From contig OZ320313.1 in assembly GCA_976226885.1 (NCBI GenBank), positions 113,398,001 to 113,462,000 on the forward strand: a DNA stretch of 64,000 nt, given 5' to 3'. The position numbers were made by a program, and so were the translations under genes. This DNA is from Iphione sp. A-MEVVRFRX5 (taxonomy: Eukaryota). Shown here in pieces: positions 56,601 to 64,000 of the stretch. Position 1 is the first letter of the stretch. Each line of letters begins with the position of its first letter. The notes under the pieces are model-generated. The model saw only the letters and a list, made by a program, of their open reading frames with translations, was not told the DNA's origin and made no database searches.

Positions 56601-59600
56601 AAGATTATATATATACATTGTACATGTTTATATAGAGTCAAAACCTACCACCCCTTGGGTCCCAATAAAAGTAGTCTGATTAGTGAGTTTAGTCTGAAAT
56701 CGATAATTCCTAATTATAGGAATCAATAGTTCTGTTCCCAGTAAAAATAGTCTGATACTGAATTTGGTCGCAAATTGGAGTAGTCTTAAATAGAGTTTCC
56801 ACTGTATATATTTTTCAGTGATAATTTATACTGAAAAGAACAAATGTATATGGCAGCATCACTTCTACTGCTTAGATTTTAATGAAACTGGTACCACATG
56901 AGACGGAAGGTTCTAAGGAATAAGTGGGTGTATAGTATGAGTTTTTTATTCACTCTGAAGATATAATCAAAACAATAAAGTTAACAAATTACAATTGTCG
57001 TAATTGGTAATAAAGGTAACAAATTACAATTGCCGTAATTTAGGGTCAGTCGGGTTAGCAGAAACACAGATATTTTTTCAATAGGCCCAATTACAGTATG
57101 AGGATAAGCAATGCACTGTAAAGCTGAACTATTCAATCCCTTGTCTTAATTTCAAATCGCTATACATATACATGTGTCCACATCCACATACCCGTATACG
57201 TTTTAATTTTTACCTCATACATCGTTTTTTTTCTCTTAATATGAAATCAATTAAACGCAAGTCCATGTACTGCTCGTGTTGCTGCCTTTATAACTTTGCG
57301 GCACATAATTTAAAGTGCTAGTTAGCGATAGAGATGGAATGTTAAAATAGTGGTTATAAAAATGTTTATGCATTATATGGGCGTTTCCAAGAGAGGACAT
57401 TTTTTAACCATCACTTGCTCGGTTGCACAGAAGGAAATAGCGGGAACAGCAGGTTTATAACATCAAGAAGTCATACATGTACTTAAAAATGGTTTGATAA
57501 TGGCGACTTACTTTTCCTTGCCAAAGTAGCGGGTGAGTCTGGTGTCGATGTCTCGCTGTCGCGGTCGCCGTATATAAGTTTCTGGATGTCGAGCGGTAGG
57601 GGAGGGTCATCCATGTGACTGCCACGGAAGTCGTCGGCCGTTATCGGAACGTCCTCTCCCAGATCTACTGTGACCGGCGACGGCTCCCGTTTGGGCTGCG
57701 GATTCGGCGGCTGCCATTTGCTGGCAGTGCTAACGCGAGGCGACGGCGCCCGCTGAAAGCTCGGTGCCGGCTGGGGTGCGGGCTTGGGGGCTCCTCCTCC
57801 CGAGGGATTCCATATGCCCTTGGGCTGCGTTGGTGTCACCTTGCTCACTTTGAACATGGGCGGCGCCACGGTCATCCGGGGCGCCACGTTCTCCTTGGCG
57901 TCTTCCATGTCGAGGCCGATTGTCATGGTGATGGAGCGATCGTCGTTCTTCTGCACGTTCACATTGCTCGGAGCGCTCACCACGATCTGGCTTTTGCCCG
58001 GGCCGCCGCTAGGAGTCCACTTGGACGCCGTCGCGGCCGACGTGTTGAAGTTGGAGACCTGGAACATGGGTTTGGGCGCAAGCGGCGACGGTGAACGTCG
58101 CTGCGCCGGCGACGATGACACCGGACCGAGCGTTGTCTTGGTAACGCGCTGTGTGGTGCGTTGGCTAAACGTAGTATCGCCTACCTGGTCGGTGCGCGTC
58201 TCGGTCGTCACGTGCGTGGTGGTGTCGCCCTCTTGGAAAGTATCGTCGTGGCGAGAGTAGCGCGAAGCCGGCGTGATGTGGCTGTTCACCATGGGCCGAC
58301 CCATGCCGGGCGGTGGGCCCGACACCTGCACGTTAAACTGGGCCGGGGGCGCCGCCGCCGGAGGTGCCGATGGGGCGCCCATTGATGCCTGGAGCGCCGA
58401 TGGCGCTATAGGCACGAGCTGGCTGCCCAGGGACGCAAAGGCCGCATCTACTGCCTGATGACTATCTGCACCTCTGGAAACAATCAAGACAAACAACTTA
58501 CTCAGCATCATTTATCTCCATTAGCTGATGTGACATATTTAGTACATGTCCTTTAACGTTTGGATCGAAGGAATCGAGGTCGTTAAAATCCATTCGACGG
58601 AACAAATTTAAACATTTTTGTTCAGGATACTAGTCGCCTTGAACCATCACAATAACAATCATTATCAACCGCAAGGAAAATGAAAAGAAATCCTATCATT
58701 GTCCGTCAGTGCCAAACTATTACCCCCTTCGGTCATTCGCAGAAACGAATATTCCGCAGGCACTAAATGCCGTTACACAATTTTACGGGATTTCCTTCAT
58801 ATAACTGATTCTTAATTGAATCCCATTAGGTTTCTATACGCAGTTAGCTGAAACAACTTTTTCTTTTCGTAGGCTACTCTCCACGCAGGCAGTCACATCG
58901 AAAATTTGCCCCTCACATGTGACGACTTTGGTCGCACCCTAGCATCCATTAACGTCTTACACCAACCACTGGAGCTCAAAGATATTTTCATATTTAATCT
59001 CTCCTCTAAAATACCACCTCTGAAAAGGTATGGTTTTACGCAGCTGTGACTGGATGCATATATATGTAGGCCTACTTAGATTAAACAGTAATTCTGTCGG
59101 GTCTCCCCTCCCCCCAATCTGCACCTCCACATGAAAGATTCAAAATGGGGTTCCATAGCAGCAAATGATAAACAAAGAATGAGCCATAAGCAGGTGTTAT
59201 GCTTAGACCTAACACTTGATCTAGTCATAACTAGGGTTTATTTACAAGGGAAAACACGGCTTTACTAGGGACACACTTTCTATATGAATGAGAAAGGACC
59301 TAGCTCGTGAGAAACATTAAGAAGCCCCCAAACCGCTTAACCACTCCGTCCTAGAGATCTATTCCATTCAATGGAACATGGAAGTAACGACTGCATTATT
59401 TCTGCTGACCCCTTTTGGCCAGTCATCGCCCAGTATAATGGTATAAATAGCCCTCTCCCAAAGTTTGCCAAGCAGTCCGGAGTCTATTAATTGATGCCAA
59501 TTGTTGTGAGGCCATTCAAATCTCAGAGCCATATAACAATATAATTGACCCATATGGACAAAGTGTGCACAGTCGTTTGTCTCTGGTTACTGACAGACAC

Positions 59601-59952
59601 TTTTTGTAAGATCATAAAAGTACTATGAGCTCGAAGATTTGGCGTGGTTCCAAGCGAGTGTATCTACATGGTTTCAAGTCCTTGTCGTCGCGGGACGTTT
59701 TGCGTGCTAACGTTACAGCACTGTCGCTTCTGACCAAAATCTATCGTTGCACCAATTCCACAAGATCACAATGAAAAGAAACCCTAGGAAAAGAAAGCTC
59801 GTGCGAATCATTAACACAACGCTACCCTTTCTTGAAATCATCACAACCACCACCATCACTGGGCACCACAACGTAGGGCCTACTTACGTCCAGCCCTCCT
59901 GCGGAGAGGTCGGTGTTTGACCGTTTTGACGGAGAACAATCAACTTTCCCAT
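53368..59952 (-). CDS. Synaptopodin-2 / myozenin(calsarcin)-like actin / Z-disc protein, four coding exons, about 903 aa
   Basis: Exons 59952-59888, 58473-57512, 55438-54041 and 53654-53368 join in phases 2, 1, 1 to give 2712 nt. Motifs: SL..P.N..ARG..MFMKRR..S.RW; GKGGKLFAKRRARAEQWIVD; TPWEAA; NYNKKIKGW. Confidence 0.8.
54041..55438 (-). CDS. Exon 3 of SYNPO2/MYOZ-like gene (1398 nt; conserved motifs, Pro11 tract, Trp repeats)
   Basis: tattacag acceptor and G|gtgagt donor; matches the 474-aa ORF. Confidence 0.92.
56536..57087. mobile_element. MITE-like element with about 37-bp imperfect TIRs beginning GGCCTA; contains a 2 x 35-bp tandem duplication at 56974-57043
   Basis: Left end ggcctagaaccaaatctctgtgtttccggtaac versus reverse complement of right end ggcctattgaaaaaatatctgtgtttctgctaac. 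Confidence 0.6.
57512..58473 (-). CDS. Exon 2 of SYNPO2/MYOZ-like gene (Pro/Ser/Thr-rich)
   Basis: gtttccag acceptor and A|gtaagt donor; 962 nt, phase 2 to 1; matches the 342-aa ORF. Confidence 0.88.
59888..59952 (-). CDS. Probable first coding exon of SYNPO2/MYOZ-like gene (MGKLIVLRQNGQTPTSPQEGWT)
   Basis: aacaATGG Kozak context with an in-frame upstream TAA; AC|gtaagt donor in phase 2, matching exon 2. Confidence 0.6.
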
Positions 59953-62900
59953 TGTTGGTGGACGTCGAAACTCATAACGTTATGTTCACTGAATCCTCCT
60001 TGTCGACTGCATGTTCATGTTGTTACTATCACTGTGTAGAACAGAGAACCAGTCATCACATTTTGCAGAGTATCCTTTCCCCTCCGCTCGTGCATTTGGC
60101 TCCTTCATCCATAACCACTGGGCAGATCCAATATGTTTACCACTGATGATACCATCCAACTGCAAGCCACTTTGTCCCGTAACCCGTTTAATGGAACTGA
60201 TCAAGTTTGGGCACGGCGACAACTGACACGAACTGTCGAGCTTGTAGTTGGCGTGTCTGCCGTTCGGAGGACCCCACCCAGCGGCTGCTACCGGAACTCA
60301 TCATGCCCACAGGTCACCTACCAACCCGTCCGCACTCGAGCTCACTTGTCGTACAGGAGTCGGTAAACTGACTGTGCCATGCAGCAGATGTTCTGCTTCC
60401 ACCTTCCCATGCAGACAAATATCCCAACTCCCTTCGCACGCCACCGGCGGGGAGCGTATAATCACCGCCACGACCGATGCCATGTATTTAATATTCAAGA
60501 CGGGCACTCCTGACAGCTAGTGTAGTATGTAACAACCGGAAATAAACATCGCAATACATTTATACATATTCTGCCATAAAATATAATAAACCGAGGGCCG
60601 GGCACTCAAAGAGACCTTGTTGCAGTGCCCAGAGATCTTGTCTCATTTTTCATGTCTGTGTTGGTAAAGACCAAAACATATTAGCAATAAATCTGTGGGC
60701 AGGTGAAGAATTTTGTCGCATTTTATGAATGTCTGTGTCGCACATTTTTTGCCAAATACGACAGGTTGCCCAGCCCTGAAACCCCACCCTTCTCCATACT
60801 TGTCGCGAATGAGTACCTAGGAGGGGGATTTTATCTATACAACTGTCATTTACACTTTTCCCTTCTATTTTTCATTGGAAGGGAAGGGGATAAGGCAGTT
60901 TTCATTGGTGGCGGGATTGCATGGCCCATCATGTGGCACGTCCCGTCGTGACTAGTTGGGAAAACCTATACGTATTGAGAACAATGAGAAAAAATATGAC
61001 AAAAAATTACTACACTGAAGCCATGGGACATCCATAGGCCTACATATGTGTTTATGCACGTCTAACTGCACTTATGCTGAATTGCCAAACTTCTGTGGTT
61101 ATCGTTCAGCAATGGCTATAGTCGTTCAGATAGTATCACTTACAAGACAAAAAGGTTAGCCTTCAATTTGCGGTATAGGTAGTACGTCATTTACCAGATC
61201 TATATTGGTCTACATTTCAGTGAGGGAGCTTTTTGAAATGGCAAAATCAGCCCTTAAGATATTAATACATAAATTCAACCCCACTAGTTAAGTTAATTCT
61301 ATAAAATACAAGCTACATATATCAGGAAATAGAATAAAAATGCAGCCTTGCCTCTGCGAGTCATTCATATCTTTATGGCCATCTTTTATCTGACAGGGTC
61401 TTCATCGCACACCTGTCACTCGTCCTTGCTAAAAAGTAAATATGTTTGATCCACTTGGACATTTACATCCCCAGGTAATAGGCACTCTCGCCATTATGTG
61501 CATGGTGTTCGAGCAATGTACTAGTCTTTAGTTTTTCCTCTTTCACTTTTCCTTGCCGGGGTGGGAGGTAATCTAATTCTCTTGAGACGCGATGGATGCG
61601 GGAAGCAGCTACGCATGTTTTGTTCACTTGAAGAAACTAATTGTACTCTTTGCTCGAGTCCTAGCCAGACATGGTTAACTAGCTTCCTTCTTGTGTAATG
61701 TCAAGCTTACCTAATGATGGTGAGGGCAAGATGCATGTGTGGCTTTGCTCTATTATCATAAGATGTTATTCTTCATGAGCAGACAACATAGCATAATCGA
61801 ACATGGCTTTGGTTGATCACACTACTCTCTCTTCCTTATGACCTAGTTACACTATAAAATGTGTTTACATACTGAAAATGAATGTCTGGGCAATCAGCAT
61901 TGGGCTTATGCCCTTCACATTAGGCCTGTAGGCAGGGCTTTTTGTGGAGGTGGAGGTACAGAGGTGGAACTACATTCAGAGAGGTGGAACACCTGGTTAG
62001 AGAACTTTGAAAATTTACATGCACATATCTCCTCTACTGCTCATCTAACTCATTTTCTCCATCTCTCTCATCATCACTCTGTATTTCCTCCTCTGTCTCT
62101 CTCTTCCTCTTTCTCTCCCTCTCCCTTCCTCCCTCTCCCTATGTCTCTCTGGTTTCATCATAATTTTTCTCTCTAGATGAAACTCATGGCCTTTATGGGG
62201 GGTATGGGATGATACCCTGATACCTCCTTGACTACAGCCCCGAACTTTTCAGAAAACAGAAGAGCGGATATAGTCTGACTATGGATTTTGTAGGTTGCTG
62301 CGCTTGTAAGAATGTACTCCCATAGTAGTCTCGAGCTCCTGTCACACCACCATAAATACACAAATACGACGTCATTGAATACTGCAAGTCATTTCATAAA
62401 AGAAAGTATGCTATCGCTTCACCCTCCCTCCAAAACAGGTTCTCATCCACGCCAAGACAGCTCACGATGACCAAGAGTGCCGTGCTGGCCCACATCAGGG
62501 TCCACCGTGTTGTTCTACTTAGATGACTCATTGATTTGCCACAGAGAAGCAGAGGTGGTGGCATGAAATTGCTGAATTCACACCGTGATCATCCTCCACA
62601 TGCTACAGGCTTTAAGTCAGTGCCATCAAGTGCCTGGAAAAATTCATCTATTCCCTCTTTTTAAGATCCATCCCTGGGTTCAAAGATGACATGTGCTCAA
62701 CCTATCCATAGTAGAGAAAAAGCCGAGGCTGTTACTGACATGTGGGTTGTCTGGCAGGTACGATGTAGGCGACATTCGAGTTGCTGTTGGGTGGGGCGAT
62801 AAAACTATATTTAACCTGCAACAACCAATATGCTTGTGTTCACATGTGCTCAAGCGACTATTGTGGGTTTTGATCCTTTAACCAGAAACCTGACGGCCGC

Positions 62901-64000
62901 TTATTATTTGTTGCCCTACTGTCCACTCTCGTTATACATGCAGTACAAATTCTTGCATCAATAATTTTTCAAGAAAACTTTACTGAGGGGGTCAAACCTT
63001 CATGAATTGTCCGGAGAGCCTCACTCGTTCAAGACCTTTGCCTATACTGTTGTACATGTGTGTGCAGTCTTTACAGTCACTGAAAATTAGAGAAAGACAT
63101 CCACGACTTGTGCGCCGACGTTCAGGCACGTCTGGCATACCCGGAAGATATCGGTGGACTTAAAAACTCTGAAGTCAGACAGCAGACGTCATGAAAGTAA
63201 CCCAAGAGACGACCATGTGGCTAGAGCTGGTATCAGGTCAGAGGATACCTACGGCAAAGCCTATCATCAGTTGGCCTTTGTGCCTTTCCATTCTGTGCGT
63301 CTGTACACCTGTACAGATCCAACAATCTAGAACTGCCCCCAAAATCATGTGATTCATGTAGTTTCCAACCCTACGAATGCATTCACAATTTCTAAACTTA
63401 GGGAAGCAATTGTCTCACCTCTAAGTTTCTGTGTTTCTGACCTCCTATTCAGTTGGATCTTTATATTAAAACTCCAGAACCAAGCATTCAAGATTTCGAA
63501 ATGTTTTCAAAGACATTCAATATCATGGCCCCATCATACTGACTAATTTTGAAGATACATGTAACGACTACAGCAACAAAGAAAATGCAAACATATTTCT
63601 GTCTGCGTGAATGGTGCTGTATTAAGACCAGTGGGATTGGACATGTTGCTGGTGGCAAGGGAACCTCGACTTTTTGTTGTACCGTACATGCCCACCAGTA
63701 TCAACAGGCGAGGTGATGCACTCAAGAGTTCACCCTTGATGCTCCACCAACCCTTTCTGTAAAGAAATTGCAACCAAAGTACTGTCACAGTTCATTCGTT
63801 GATAAGATGTGTTTCAACTATATATATATATATTTGTAGAATCGGCGGGGAGAGTTAAGTGCTTCGGTTCGTATTTCTGGTGACCTATTATTAAGAGGAC
63901 TGTACACATGTATTTGAACGAATGGGTGATGAGAGTCTCGGGAAAAGCACCTCATCTAGAGGCCACTTACTGCGGGATATAACAAATCGTATCAACGTCC

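Noticed and set aside
54247-58458. Plus-strand and off-frame ORFs overlapping the synaptopodin-like exons
   Set aside because: Shadow ORFs of the true minus-strand exons.
1-64000. tRNA, rRNA, CRISPR arrays, intact transposase or reverse-transcriptase ORFs
   Set aside because: No cloverleaf or A/B-box pair, no repeat-spacer array, and no DDE or RT motifs were found; the sequence is eukaryotic and intron-rich.

Overview
Eukaryotic (animal) genomic DNA with spliceosomal introns and two short assembly gaps. Composition, the recurrent TACATGTA octamer and the protein sequences suggest an invertebrate chordate such as a lancelet (Branchiostoma); this is inference. Two convergent cytoskeletal adaptor genes fill the window. 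(1) + strand, about 420-46107 plus a 3' UTR: a SORBS/CAP/ArgBP2/vinexin-family gene. I could join its exons by hand in consistent phases, ending in three SH3 domains; its 5' end probably lies upstream of the window. It carries a frame-preserving 5931-nt exon (14129-20059, 1977 codons). It also has several candidate micro- and mini-exons (1, 4, 7/9, 9, 18, 18 and 36 nt) and a stop codon apparently split by an intron (TA|G). (2) - strand, 59952-53368: a four-exon gene of about 903 aa that combines synaptopodin-2-like and myozenin-like motifs and ends in a FFAT-like motif and a hydrophobic C-terminus. The rest is intron or intergenic DNA with MITE-like inverted repeats, microsatellites and GC-rich candidate regulatory islands. 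No tRNA, rRNA, CRISPR array or intact transposase was recognised. Exon boundaries were read by eye from splice signals and frame arithmetic. Homology statements come from recalled family motifs, not from database searches.
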